A DNA stretch of 61,962 nt, counting the filler, from Sphacelaria rigidula (Eukaryota), in the NCBI GenBank assembly GCA_964200075.2. It is 9 parts of 9 records of this genome, joined end to end, with 100 filler letters (N's around TTAATTAATTAA, not from the genome) between each part and the next. Parts side by side here need not be neighbours in the genome. Positions count along the whole stretch, not along the records: positions 1 to 6,797 come from CAXNAA020018039.1; positions 6,898 to 13,694 come from CAXNAA020018040.1; 7 more parts are not named here. One strand, 5' to 3'. Below, piece after piece: positions 1 to 12,112 of the stretch (position 1 is the stretch's first letter; each line of letters starts with the position of its first letter). The notes beneath the pieces were generated by a model, which saw nothing but the letters and a program-made list of their open reading frames with translations, made no database searches and was not told the origin of the DNA. The position numbers and the translations under genes were made by a program.

Positions 1-274
1 TGCAGTGGCATCACATCCGACAACAATCCCCGCGCTGATCGTTCGGGGCCGGTCGATGAATTTCGTCTCGCTGTGATTGGGTAGGTCGCTCGAAGACTTA
101 TTTTTTATTATTCCACTAACACAGAGTCAACCGTGTATTAGTGGGGGTCCGGTCCCAAAAGGGTTAATCGAGTGTCCTGTTTTATAATACCAATACTACA
201 CTCAGTGCGACTGTTTCCGTATCGTTTGCCGTGGATACTATTACTACGTGGATCCTGTAAACACGACTGGATGG

Positions 275-330
275 GTTACATTGCATTGCATTGCATTGCA
301 TGGCATGACATGACATGACATGACATTACA
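275..330. repeat. Pentanucleotide microsatellite (TTGCA/TGACA)n
   Basis: Directly visible tandem ttgca and tgaca units. Confidence 0.9.
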
Positions 331-476
331 TTCCCGGGGCATCAGTCTCTGCGAGGATGAATCTATCACTCGAATCATTGTCATGTCCAACGTCCTACAT
401 CTGTACTGAAGTGGAGTAAAAATATTTGCTGACCTGGATGTGCGTGCAAACCCAACTCCACATGCCTGGTGCGCAG

Positions 477-2981
477 CGTAATTCATACGAAGAGCTCACT
501 TTGGAGAAAGAACTGGTGGGCCAGCCTGCGGCACCGCTGCCTCGTGTTCTTGGGGGCGGGAGTGACTTGCTGAAGGGTGTGTTTGGCACGAAGATTGACG
601 CGGCGGAGCTAGAGGAAGCGATTGGCATCCTGGGCGGCTACTTGACAGAGGAGCGAACACAAAAGATGCAGGAGGTGCTGCAACAGCGGACAGGCAGCAC
701 AGCCGTTGTATTCGAGGATCCCTCCAACCCCAACAACGTGAGTGCCGTATTTGACATGTAATGTGCTCTCTTGTTCCCCGAGTGTGCTCTCTTGTTCCGA
801 AGACTACACTGTTTTGTAGTACGCCAGAGGTGAGGTGGCCCGGTCATTCTGTCATTCTGTCATCCTTCATGTAGACGATGTAGACGATGTAGAGGAATGC
901 ACCTGTGTGCCAAGAATTGATCACGCGATCACAATCCCTAAATCACACGTTGAGGAATGTCGATTGTTGCTGTAACCGAAAGACGCAACGATCATAGCCG
1001 AGGCAAAACGCCCGAGCGTCATGAAGCTGAGGGCTATAGCGGCGCCGCTCCAGAAACGCGCGTAGATGGCGAGGTTCGTGGACAAGAATGTCACTAGTCT
1101 TGGGGGTTCTGGGCGGTAGTAGGGAGAACGATGGCGGACGAGGATGTGGTGACGATCGTTGCCCGAGTACGTTGAGAATTGAGTCTAGTGGCTCGTAGTG
1201 GCTCGTAGGTACAGAGACACGCCGCGCCGTTGGTGGTGGGGGGGAGGTACAGGGGGCTTGAGAGTGCAGGAGCGACGTATGCCGTCACTGATTAGCTCGC
1301 AGCCAGGCTGGATCCAGCCGAGATTTGTTTATGGGGTATGAGGTGGCAGTTTGGCGTGCCGGCCGGTAGATGAATTGATGAACCACCTGAGCAATCACAA
1401 GGACAGCACTGACCAATATCAGACAAGCTCGGGTGAGGCTCATGATGTTGGGGGAGGTTTTAGTGAGGATGTCAATGGCGGCACGAGGCGTTATTCCATT
1501 CAAACACTCGAATACTCGTAGGACAGAAGACGCACAAGACCATGTACCACAGTAGTACTTGGCGCGCACTGATTTTGAGCGTTTCGGGTTTCCATGCCGA
1601 AAGAAAGAGCGTGATAAGACGGGTGCTAAAGGACAAGTGGTGAAACTTCAAGCACGTTGCCTGAGTTACGAATCATGCCTTCTCTCAGCCCAATATGATC
1701 ACTGCCACAGCTGACAGCAGCAAGAGCAACCCTGAAGTGAGGGGAAAATTGAGATGATCTCACCCGCTCTAGCAAATCTGAGACAAGATGTGAGACTGGG
1801 ACAAACGGTAAGTGCGATGGAAAGTCAGAAGGACTCAGCCTCGCTGTCGCAAACTGGTGATCGCAAATTGGTTCCGTCGAATGAGCTTGTCAGGGTGAGG
1901 GTTCTCTAAATCCGACGGGGACGCGTGCCCTCGCGGCGCGGATTCTCATTCCATCCCACCAACAACATGAACGTTACGCAGATGAGAGCTGGTGTTTGCA
2001 GCCGGATGTACTGTACTTTTGATTTAACCCCGTCCATGATCATTGCTTTTCCCTTGCTAGCGACATATTCAAGGAATGAACCCATCTGTGACCGGCATTG
2101 CGAGTCGGGGGGGGGGGGGGGGGAGCGCGGGAAACGGGTGTCTTACCCGGAACCACAACCGGCGTCCCCCCGTGTGTGTAAATCACAAATGTAATNNNNN
2201 NNNNNGGGCAATGTCGTGATGTGACGGGATGTCTTGCTGTGCGTGGGCGGGGGTGGAGGGGGGGGGGGGGGGGGGGGGGGGGATGCGGGATGCAGGATTT
2301 CTAATCCTGAACATCAAGCCGCTGCGCCCCGGTTGTGTAAATTACAATGGTAATGGTACAGTAGAAGAGATAGCTTTAGGGTGAAAAGAAGGCCGGTTCG
2401 ATTCCCGCCACATGTGTTTTTTTTCTCCTTTCTTTCCCTTCAAAAAGCATCAGATTTCCGCCCTCAAAAGCGTGATGACGTGAGTAGCACACAGAGTTTG
2501 ACTGAGTTTGTTTGACGAGGGTTGACACGGTGCGGGAATGATGATGGTCATGATCCAGTCCGCGAGACCGAAATGCAAGGGATGTATCGGGGGAGAGGTG
2601 GGATGGTCCCTCGAGACCACGGACTCGTCCCACCCGGGAACATGACTTGATCAACGTTCGGGTTTGAAGTAATGGAGTTCCGCAGCAACAAAAAGAGCGG
2701 TACACCGATTTTTTCACGGCCACTGTTTCCTTGCTGCCTCCTCAATCCCGTAATCGACTCCCGTAATCGACCAAGAATGAAATGCACTACCCGTATGGTC
2801 TAGTTGTTGGCTTTAGCTGATACACGGCGATTCTCCGCGTGTACGTCGCTCGTCCCGTCTTGGCAGGTTTGGGCTTGCCTGCGAACTCTCGACTCGTTCG
2901 GAATTCAAAATGCACACGTCGTTTCCGACTACAGGACGTACAGCAAGCAAGCTAGGCGCCAAACCGTGTGTACAGCAATGG
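477..2981 (+). CDS. SpoU/TrmH-family (SPOUT) tRNA/rRNA methyltransferase, two internal exons (partial gene)
   Basis: Exon 477-737 (AG acceptor, upstream branch-like GCTGAC, GTGAGT donor) ends ...QRTGSTAVVFEDPSNPNN. It splices in phase 0 to exon 2867-2981, VWACLRTLDSFGIQNAHVV...CTAMG. The joined 'EDPSNPNNVWACLRTLDSFGI' matches SpoU motif 1 (P-x-N-x-G-A-x-x-R-T-x-D-x-F-G). Confidence 0.85.
2385..2670 (+). mobile_element. Interspersed SINE-like repeat with a tRNA B-box-like motif (GGTTCGATTCC)
   Basis: Homologous to the reverse complement of about 60345-60550, with partial copies near 57890-57960 and 45990-46130. Boundaries are approximate. Confidence 0.65.
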
Positions 2982-4488
2982 GTAGGTACGTGTGAATGGC
3001 GTTATTGATAGAATAAACACTTGCTACACCGCTACACTGCTGAGCTATGCGGCACTCACGCCATGCGGTCCATGGAGCAGCTGTTGAGCGGTTCAGCAAT
3101 CCACAGACCACTGGGATTCACCAACGAAACGACACCATTACAATCATTACAACCAGTGAAATCACAGGGCCTATGGAAGTACCACTAAGGTGGTGATCAT
3201 GTCGCCATACCGTTTGGGATGTCCGTCAGGCTGCAGTCGTTCTTTGTGGCCTGGCAACGAGTGACGCTCAGCTTCTGACTGTTGCATTTCTGTCTTTTTC
3301 GTTATTACCGCAGTCAAAAGTGGCTGACTCTCCATGGACACGATACTGCCGAGGAGGCTGTGGCGAGGCTGAAGGCTGACGGATACCGGGTACGTGGTTT
3401 GTAGCCGGCCTACCTAGTACTTGCTTCTCATATTCCGTCGAGAAACACCGTGAAAGGCCGTACACTCGGCACTTGGATTCGCGCTCGCCACCTGACTTAT
3501 TATTAGTACTGTAGGCTTTCGGGGCAGCAGGCAAGCGTGGCTGTCGTGCCTTGACGGTCTACTGAAGGGAACTAGGTCTGTCCACGGATGACTCATTCGC
3601 CCGAGCATCACCCTGTGCATAGGTTCGCGGCTTTCCCATCTCGGCATAAAGTATCAAGATCACTCTATCGTTTCCCGAATGCCTCCCAACACCCCTGACA
3701 TTTGAGCGTTGAGCTGTGTGACGCAGGGGGAATCTCCACTTAGACACGTTTAATTGAAAACTTTCACAGATTTAAATCATGGAAAATTGCCACGCTCAGG
3801 TAGACCTGGGCACTCTTCGGACATTTTCAGGTACGGCTCGGCGGCATCATCAACCGCCCCATACGCGGCCATCTGATTAGCCGACAAGGTGAGGTACCTG
3901 AACACCGCCAAAAACGTAGTAGGTGTACCTGGAATTGCCCATTATAGTTTTCCGCACAGCTGTACCTGACAATTCAATAGAGCCTATAATGTTTAGTACC
4001 TGGAGGTGGCCGGAACCCGTACCGGAAGTGCACCCCACAAGTGTACTGTGAAACGAAATCCGCGGGTGCAAAAATGCACTTATTTTGCGTGTTCGCCGCG
4101 AACATTTGATACCCCGCACATGCGACACCAACGGAATTTCGCTGCACAACTTTGGGCAATGAAGCCCGTAGACACGAACACGCAGCAGAAGCTGTATTAT
4201 ACTCCGTATAGTTTGCCGGGCACGTTTGGTTATCAGCAAATGCCAACAGTTCCGCATGTTTCTCTCTCGGTGACTGCACGGAAGCTCATGGTGCGTTATT
4301 TTCCCCATGTGTTACTCGACAAGGTTCCACAAGATTCCACAAGATTCGAAAAGGTTCGACAACATTCGGAACGTTAGTCACTTTGGGCGACACAACCGAG
4401 CCGGTGACTACTGCACTGTACCTATATCCCTGGATACCTGTGTGGTGATACCAAGTGTTACTACAGAACTGTGCTGGACCACATTCAA

Positions 4489-5995
4489 AGCTTTGACCGC
4501 TGGGGTTAGTGATCTGGTTAGAGGGCATCGTTTATTTGCCCTTGAAAAATAATGTAAAGGGTGCCGATTCAACAAATCACCTACTCTTGCGGTGAAAGGA
4601 TTAACCCTCTTACCGCCAGGGGGAAGTGTGATAAAGGTATCATGAATATTGAAGTGAAGATGATGCCCACTCAATGTATGGACCTACTATGGTGGTCAAA
4701 GGGTTAACCCTTAGACGTCGTCCCCCGCACGGATCGCTTTAAAACGCCTATTGCTCATTTGGGTTCGGAATATGTTTGTTTCCGAAAGACAACACGTCTG
4801 TGTGCATGTTTGCATCAACAAGTGGTTGTTGAGCATCCGCACACAATTTAGTACCGCAGAAACCCTGCCTGGTGTTGAGCTGTTGAGCCGTAATTCAAGT
4901 GCGTGTAGTACAGACAGTATCTATTTTGTCTTCGCTGGGCCGTCTTCGAGCGTGTCGTGGGGCACATGTGTTCATACTATGCAAGTGGTGTACGCTGGAG
5001 GCCACTGGAGTGCTTGTGTACTATATGCAGACAACATATATATATATACATACATGTATCATTTCACATTTTTCACCACTTTTGCCGAGTTTTCTCTGGC
5101 GACAAGGCATTTTTTCCCGCGCTTTCTTTTGCAGCGCGCTAGGAAGGCTCAGCGGTACATTACCGTTCAGGTTTGGGTGTCATCTGATACCTGTGGCGCG
5201 TGTTCTGGCCACCGAAAGTCGCTCAAGCTAGCCCTTTCTCGCGGGGTGTCGATCCCGAATCATCAAAGCCTTTTCAAGATAATGGAAAACTTGGAACAGG
5301 AACCCTAACCACAAAAACCTGTTGAAGATCATGAAAAACTTTAAACATTATTACTTTTTGCGGGGTATTTTTTCCCCCGTGTTTCTTTTTGTCGCATTCT
5401 CGTTCATCTGGGAGCACGAACACACCGGTTGTGCCGTCAATGTCACGAGAACATGAGACCAAAGCAGTTGAAGACAACGGAACATTTCCCTGGTCTTAGT
5501 CAGCAGCAAACACAACACCGTGCAATGGGCCGTTGGCGAGTTGGACAAGGCACAGCAGCACGGCAGCACAGGAATGTTTTGCCGCAAAAAACGACCACCC
5601 TGTTGCAAAAAAGGCCTGGTGATGTGGAAGCCACAGTGATGTACAAATAACATGCCAAGAATGTTCCACGCATTCAAATTTTTCGGAAAGTATCTCCCGC
5701 TGTCATGTCTTTGTGGCACGAGAGCTACTTCGCACTCTGGCACCTCGGGAATACCACACATGTCCCACGCCGGCGGTTCCACCGTCGGCCTCCGTCCGAA
5801 ATCCTATATTTCCGAACGACGTTGGATAACACATGCGATGTTTTGTACAGCCACGACCACTACTCTACATTGAGATACAGCAACCTCTCTTAACCCTTTG
5901 ACCGCGATGGTGGGTCACCTGGTGAATCGGCAAATTCACTGGAAAAAAGTATAGGTTATCCAGACGGACTACCCGCACCGCGATCTAAAGGTTAA
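4489..5995 (+). mobile_element. Cluster of piggyBac-like non-autonomous elements with a possible transposase relic
   Basis: TTAA at 4601, 4704, 5890 and 5992, each followed by CCCT and mostly preceded by an AAGG(G)-like end. About 5480-5680 encodes a degenerate HFP...GRWRV...CCKK...MFHAF stretch resembling a piggyBac C-terminal Cys-rich domain (frameshifted, with a stop). Confidence 0.55.
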
Positions 5996-6689
5996 CCCTA
6001 TAGTTTCGACTTGCGTCACCCCCGGGCGCCCGGCCGTACCAACCTCCCGAAGGGGAACTTTGTATATCTATACTATCTTCGTACCATGCTTTCAGTCTTG
6101 ATACTTTGGATACAGTGCTGGCACACTGGTACCCCTCAGAAAAGCTTAATCTTGCACGCGTGGCATATCTCTCAACTGTCCTCACTTTTCTCACTGTATT
6201 GCTGGTGCTGGTGCTGTAGCGTACCATACATGCAGCTGAATAATGAATGAATCCGAGTGTCATCGCTCCCCACCGCACACAGATCGGTCTAGTGCATGCA
6301 TGTGGTTACTATCTCCGCCTCGTGTTCCACACTTCTACAGTGTGCAGCTATCTTGACAGCACAAGAGGGCTCAGGCTATGAACAGGGCGCAAAGATTATG
6401 AAGAGGGGAAAAATGACCCCCTCCGCTTGTGTTTCTCTAGTGGTTTGGTGGTCGCTACCCAACTGATGGAAAATGGCCACGCTGCGAAGTAGGTATCCTG
6501 TAGGTATCCTGTAGGGGAACAAGGTGACCTAATTGGTCAATCAGCACCTCCAAAAAGGTCACTCCCTTCGGTATGATATTCCATCCTGGCTTGAAATTTT
6601 TCCACGAAAATTTCCAAGCACGCATTGTTAGTTTTGGACACGTCTCGGTTGATTTGGGGACAAGGACCTGATCCCCCTCAACCCCCCCT

Positions 6690-6765
6690 TTGTGCTCCGT
6701 CTCGAAAGGGATGCGTGGTCAATGGTCACACGACTAAGGCAAGCAACAAATGAGAACGAAGCAAC
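6690..6765 (+). repeat. Abundant ~80-bp interspersed repeat (GTGCTCCGTCTCGAAAGGGATGCGTGGTCAATGGTCAAATGACTAAGGCAAGCAACAAATGAGTAC followed by poly-C)
   Basis: Further copies at about 7178-7255, 38510-38590, 48030-48105, 52495-52570 (reverse), 58033-58110 and a partial copy at 41378-41405. Confidence 0.85.
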
Positions 6766-6797
6766 CCCACCCCCCCGCCCCCCCCACCACACCCACC

Positions 6798-6897
6798 NNN
6801 NNNNNNNNNNNNNNNNNNNNNNNNNNNNNNNNNNNNNNNNNTTAATTAATTAANNNNNNNNNNNNNNNNNNNNNNNNNNNNNNNNNNNNNNNNNNNN
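6798..6897. other. Artificial contig linker (N44-TTAATTAATTAA-N44); identical linkers at 13695-13794, 20591-20690, 27487-27586, 34383-34482, 41278-41377, 48173-48272, 55068-55167
   Basis: Identical 100-bp structure with stop codons in all six frames, recurring at nearly constant spacing. Confidence 0.98.
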
Positions 6898-7305
6898 GGC
6901 AGAGCGAGAGGGGCGGGGGAGCCAAGGACACAGGCTAAAGGAAAGAAACCAACGAACCGACCCCCCCCCCCACCCCCCACCCCTCCCAAGGTGGCATGAA
7001 ATCGTTCAATACTATCAGGCAGCAGCGAGAAAATTTCGCTACACCAGGAGATAGATGGTGGCCACAGACGGCGAAACAGGACGGGGACAAGATATGTAAA
7101 GGGCTTCTGTGCAGTGTGTATGGAAGAAGCATAATGAGTGGCAAAATGTTAAAGGTGTCTCTCTTAGGAGTAGGAACGGTGCTCCCTCTCGAAAGGGATG
7201 CGTGGTCGATGGTCAAACGACTAAGGCGAGCAGCAAATGAGTACTTCCCCCCCCTCAATTTTTCCCATCCCATTGCTTGTTTTCACGCAATGCACATCCA
7301 AACAG

Positions 7306-7407
7306 GTGGGACCCGACCTGAACTACGACGAAGTGACGGTGTACGAGGAGCAGGCTGCTTTGCCTACCTACCTCATCGTATACAGTTCCGAATTTTTCGA
7401 TTCTTGA
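7306..7407 (+). CDS. Terminal exon of a PARP-like (ADP-ribosyltransferase) catalytic domain
   Basis: After a CAG acceptor it reads VGPDLNYDEVTVYEEQAALPTYLIVYSSEFFDS*. This resembles the last strands of PARP/ART domains (LxYDExVVY...PxYLIVY) and includes the Glu. It is too short for the ORF track. Confidence 0.7.
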   Translation: MGPDLNYDEVTVYEEQAALPTYLIVYSSEFFDS

Positions 7408-10400
7408 CGACAGCTCATAATGATATGGCGGGCCCCCCACCGCCACACCGGCAGCTGTGTGGCCACAACTGTCCACGAAGAGGGGTGGGGGTGATGGTCG
7501 GTACGCTACGTCACGTGGACACTGTGACCTCTGAGATCGCTCTGCGGCAGAGGGTATTTAAGTTATACTTCGAAGTAGCAGCATATTGTTGGGCGTTTGT
7601 GTGCGGCTACATTTTCAGTAAGTGGCTGTCGCGTCGTGCACGCGTACACATTTGGGAGTTGGCGTTAACTGCGTCTTGGCGAAGCAGAAGACGTGAGATG
7701 TTCGAATCCTAGGTCAAACGGGGTCATACGATCGACCAAGCGCGTATGCGTTGGTTTAGACACAAACTGCCAACCGAGAACCTCCCCCGGATTCAGAATG
7801 TAGGTGCACCCCCTCCCCTCTCCCCCCACCCCCAGTGCGTGCGCCCCAATCGGAAGCATTGGTGTGTAACATATGTAAAAATCAACGGCGTGCATAGATG
7901 ATGAAAAATGACAAAATAAGTTGACGCCTTTCTCGTGCACTATTGCAAGCTCACTTCTGAGTATCGTTTGCATCGACCGGGTCGGTCGATCACGGATTGA
8001 AAAGTTTGGTCATTACCTACATGCATGGTCGGTCATGACTGTGGCCTGTGGTGGCAGACTTTTGTGTGGAGTTGGTTGAGGCGTCATGAGAACGGGGTGT
8101 TTTTCTCGTGTTATTGGTGCGTTTTTTTGTTTGGTCTCTTGGGGATGTGTGAGGTTCTGTTGTTTTATTGTACATGTTGAAAATAATAAGAGAATTTAGC
8201 GCAAAACGTTGGATTCTGACACGTGTAGTATTACAACTTAACCTCCCGAGTGTCGTCATCATTCATTCCATCGGCCGTGTGATCAGATCTTGGGAATATT
8301 CGTTATTTTCCAAATTTTAGATTGAAGCTTTCCTGCCAGGTCTTTCAAGTCAGATACAGTCTATTTAATACAGGCAGGGTATCATAGACAATGATATCAA
8401 CAACCGTATACTGAAATATACATATATCAACGGTTATATATTGACCTCTATGTCGTGTGTAAGTATGTATCATCGATGCCCGTACGCAATCATTGACATA
8501 ACGTGTATTATGTACGACACGATTTCGCATATCTTGTGTGTTTTCGTCGCGGACTTGGAGCGCAAACCTCCCCGCGGCGTGTTTATCTCCGTCGGTGGCA
8601 GCCGTTTTTCTTCATCGATTCAGGAGGTGGAACAATGCGTGGTACGCGCGCGCTAGATGCGTGCCGTAGTGGGTGTCACCTCGCCATTCCTTTATGCTGG
8701 ACTGGGTACTGGCGATGACGTGTAGTATGCATGCCGGGAGGGTTTTGTGTTGTAAGCAAGCGCTCAACCAAAGTGAGCCCGACAAAGAGTCTCTAGGTCG
8801 GAGATGTTGCTTGCATGATTTTTATGAATGTATCAAATTGCTCCATAATTCCGACTAAAGCCGACAAGATTTTTTCCATGGGTGTGATGTTATCGGCTTG
8901 TCGGTGGAGTGGTAGACCATGGACAAAGTACCCACCAATCCGACCTAATAATAGTGCGCATACGCGGTCATCTTGACATCGACTGCTACGTAGTTTATTG
9001 ATGGTGGCGCCATCTTATTTTTTTTTATTTTCTTCACTGCCCTACATGCGGGTTCATTCAGAATATATTTTCGCCGGCTTGTGTGTGTGTGTGTTTTTTT
9101 TTTGTGAGCGTGAGGCCGCGTAAGTTTTTCGCGCTTTGACTGCTTTCTAAACGATGCATAGTCTGCTTCCTAAATTAGGCGTAGTCTTCCGCTCAAATCG
9201 TAGCCAAAATTGATTCGGGTCGTTAGTGTTGTCGGCATAAATTGTGTTTCGTCTGCCTTACTTACGAGCAACCGTCACAATAGTTTTTTTTTCAATTTGT
9301 TTTTTCCTCTGAAGCGTGTGCGGATGAGATCGGCTATTTTCGACTGCTTTGTGAACGACGCCTTTGTTGGCGACGCCGGGAGGGGAGAGGGAAGGGACGG
9401 GCGCTTGTGGTTTCGCCGTTTACCTGTGCAGCAATCATTTCAGTTTGTTTTTTTCGCGGATGCAATTTTTTTGGAGCATGACTTGGTTTCAATGCACGAG
9501 TGCTTCTGCCCTGAAGGTTCCGAAGAAAAAATCGGCAAAAAACGGATTCTATACTGCTCGTTGATACGTCGCCCCAACGACACATGAAGTCGTGGGGGAG
9601 GAGGCTGAGCATGAGTTTCACGTTGAACTGCTCTCTATGAAGTATCCCGAAATATCGTGGAGAAATACCTTGATTGGGGGGGAGGAGGGGGGGGTGACTC
9701 CAATGTACAGTAGTAGCGATCAAGCGTTGAAAACCTATGTGGCGGCGTTTCGGAGGAGGGACGCGGAGGTTTCATGCTGTCGTGTTTCTCCTCACCTGCT
9801 CTCTGCTGATCTGTTGCGCCGAGTGTCGACTCTCATGTTGATTATCTTTGCTTCGCTCCGACGGCTGGGGACTTGCTTGATTGGTTGCGTTGCTCCTTGG
9901 TATTTTATGGCGCTTGCGTGGTATGACACGTGTTAGCAGGGTGGGGATTCGGGGGGGATTCTAAAAGTGGTGCCGTTATGCCCGTCGCTATCGTCGTGAT
10001 TGCCAGCGCAGCAAAGGCGTCGGGCCTTTGATAAGCGGGCGGTTCCTCGATGAAGGAATACGGTTGAACCTTGAACAGCGGCCAGGTCTTTCTCTAGTAC
10101 TACAAATGCACGTTTCACCCATCTCTTGCACGACGATACTGTTGTCGGAACATTAGGAATTGATTTTTGTTCTCTCCGCCGACACTTTTACAATGGATCT
10201 CGTTCATCCGGCAGCACAGTGCTATGGTTGACTGTCATATGGAGCATCCATGCCAGCCAGTTTGGTCGAGATATTGCATATGTGCGTGCATCGTGCGTAT
10301 GTATGTCTTCCGTGTCTTTTGTCTGTCGGTGTGGATAGAAGCAGAGTACGTGTGTGCTCGCGTGTATGTGTGTGTGTGCAGAGTGTGCTTGCTATCAATA

Positions 10401-11406
10401 GCTCTGCTTGCTTGCTTGCTGGATGAAGGAGAAGTAAGCGAAGTGTCGAGAGCAGCAAATTGTAGTAGCACGGTAGAGACGATGAAGTAGACCCAACGGC
10501 CTGCGCGCTCACACGAGGTGAACTGGATGCGACGGCCAGTGATTTCGTAACGCTGTGACTTGCTTCGACGACTGACCGACTGACAAGCGCTGTGTTGTGG
10601 GGGTCGCTTCGAAGGCGCAGCAGGGAGAGCGGCGGATGACGAGACGTTGAATGCCCTGAGGCGTTTATTGACCGGCAGCAGTGGAATCGAAGATACCGCG
10701 AATGGCAAATCATTCCCGCGTTGACTAGTATAGTAAGACTCGTACAGCTTCGGCGAGGATGCTCGACCGGATGTGTTTTTTTCTCATGTACTATACATAT
10801 AAATCGCGTAAAAAACGTTCGCGTATCGGTGTACAGTATTTCCTGGTTCGCTGGAGGTAAACAGGTGTTTCTATGCTCGAAAAATTGTGATTGACTGTCG
10901 CTTCGCGTGATGTTGGCTGCCTTTCCATCGCTGGCTGGGAGGAATGTATGAGAGTAGTGTGGTTTAATATATGATTGTTTCGTCAGAAGGGGCTTCATAA
11001 AGTCTCAGCTGTGATTGCCCCCCCCCTCCTCCCTCCCCCTGGGCTGTGGGAGGGGATTTCAGGGGACTCGTCATGATATGATGTGGCCGCTCTCCGCCTC
11101 AAATGTTTTTTTGTGCGTGGATCAATGCAGCACATTAATGCGCAGTATTTTAGCTGAAAAAATGGACGAACGTCAGTGAAATGAACAGCCCGTGTATGAT
11201 ACTGGAGTGCCGCGAGGTCAGAGGTAGACACAAAAAAGCTGTAGGGATAGATTAGGGTATAGTATGCAGTAAAAGTGATCCGAAATTGTTGACGGTAGCA
11301 TGCAAATGGAAAGAGGAGGCTGACGAAATTAAGTGAAGGTGAACCGTGTGTAAGATAACTATTTTGCGGGAAATAAAATACTGAATAATAAATAGGAGCA
11401 AAGCTG

Positions 11407-11830
11407 GTCGCCCCGGTGGCTCAGATGGTAACCTCGAATCCTCTTGACTGTTGTGCTGTGGTATCGAATCTCGATGCAGTCACAGTATCTGGGATTTATT
11501 CTTACACAACACCCAACAGTGGAGAGCGACTATGCAGTGCGTACACAAAATTCCACAAGGAGGACAGCTCGTGAGCAACCTGAATATTACTCATCATAAG
11601 TATACTGATCCGGATCACTTATTAGTAGCTCATTTCACTCCGTCCACGTTCAACAACGCTTTCGTGAGATGGAGAGTAGAGGATGCGACTGAGAGCGAGA
11701 AGCGGTCAATTAGTGAATTGATTATTTCAGTTCCGAAATGCCGCTCCACGAGGCCCGACATGCTTTCAGTAGGAGCTCGCCGCTGAAGCCCTTGGTATGT
11801 ATCCCTGAGTAGGATATCGACGTGCAGCTG
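11407..11830 (+). mobile_element. tRNA-derived SINE-like element
   Basis: Head GTCGCCCCGGTGGCTCAGATGG (A box) and GTATCGAATC (degenerate B box), with no intact cloverleaf. The same head and a downstream ATCTGGGATT occur on the minus strand at about 48370-48456. The 3' boundary is uncertain. Confidence 0.6.
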
Positions 11831-12112
11831 TAAGCACACGCCAGTTATCGAGGCAAAGAATTGTACACACGGAATGAAAAATTGGCTAAGTCAAAGCGAA
11901 TGACCACAGCCACTCTCAATCAGTGCTCTACTCTCCATCTCACAAAAACGTTGTTGTTTGCTCCCTACAGCGTGGTCGCCGAGCGCGCGCAGTAGCGCGA
12001 AGGTAGAACTTCGGCATCTCGGACCCCGCTGTCACGTTTCTTGCTCTCTTGGACAACGGATCTGAGAGTTTGCTTCGATTAGTTAGTTTAGGTTGCTCAT
12101 GAGCTGTCTGAC

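Noticed and set aside
3390..3745. Possible Gypsy RNase H relic on the minus strand (GVG...GKPR...KAYST...GRP)
   Set aside because: The similarity is too weak to support without a profile search.
6996..7712. 238-aa ORF
   Set aside because: It runs through a repeat copy and overlaps the PARP-like exon in another frame, so it is probably spurious.
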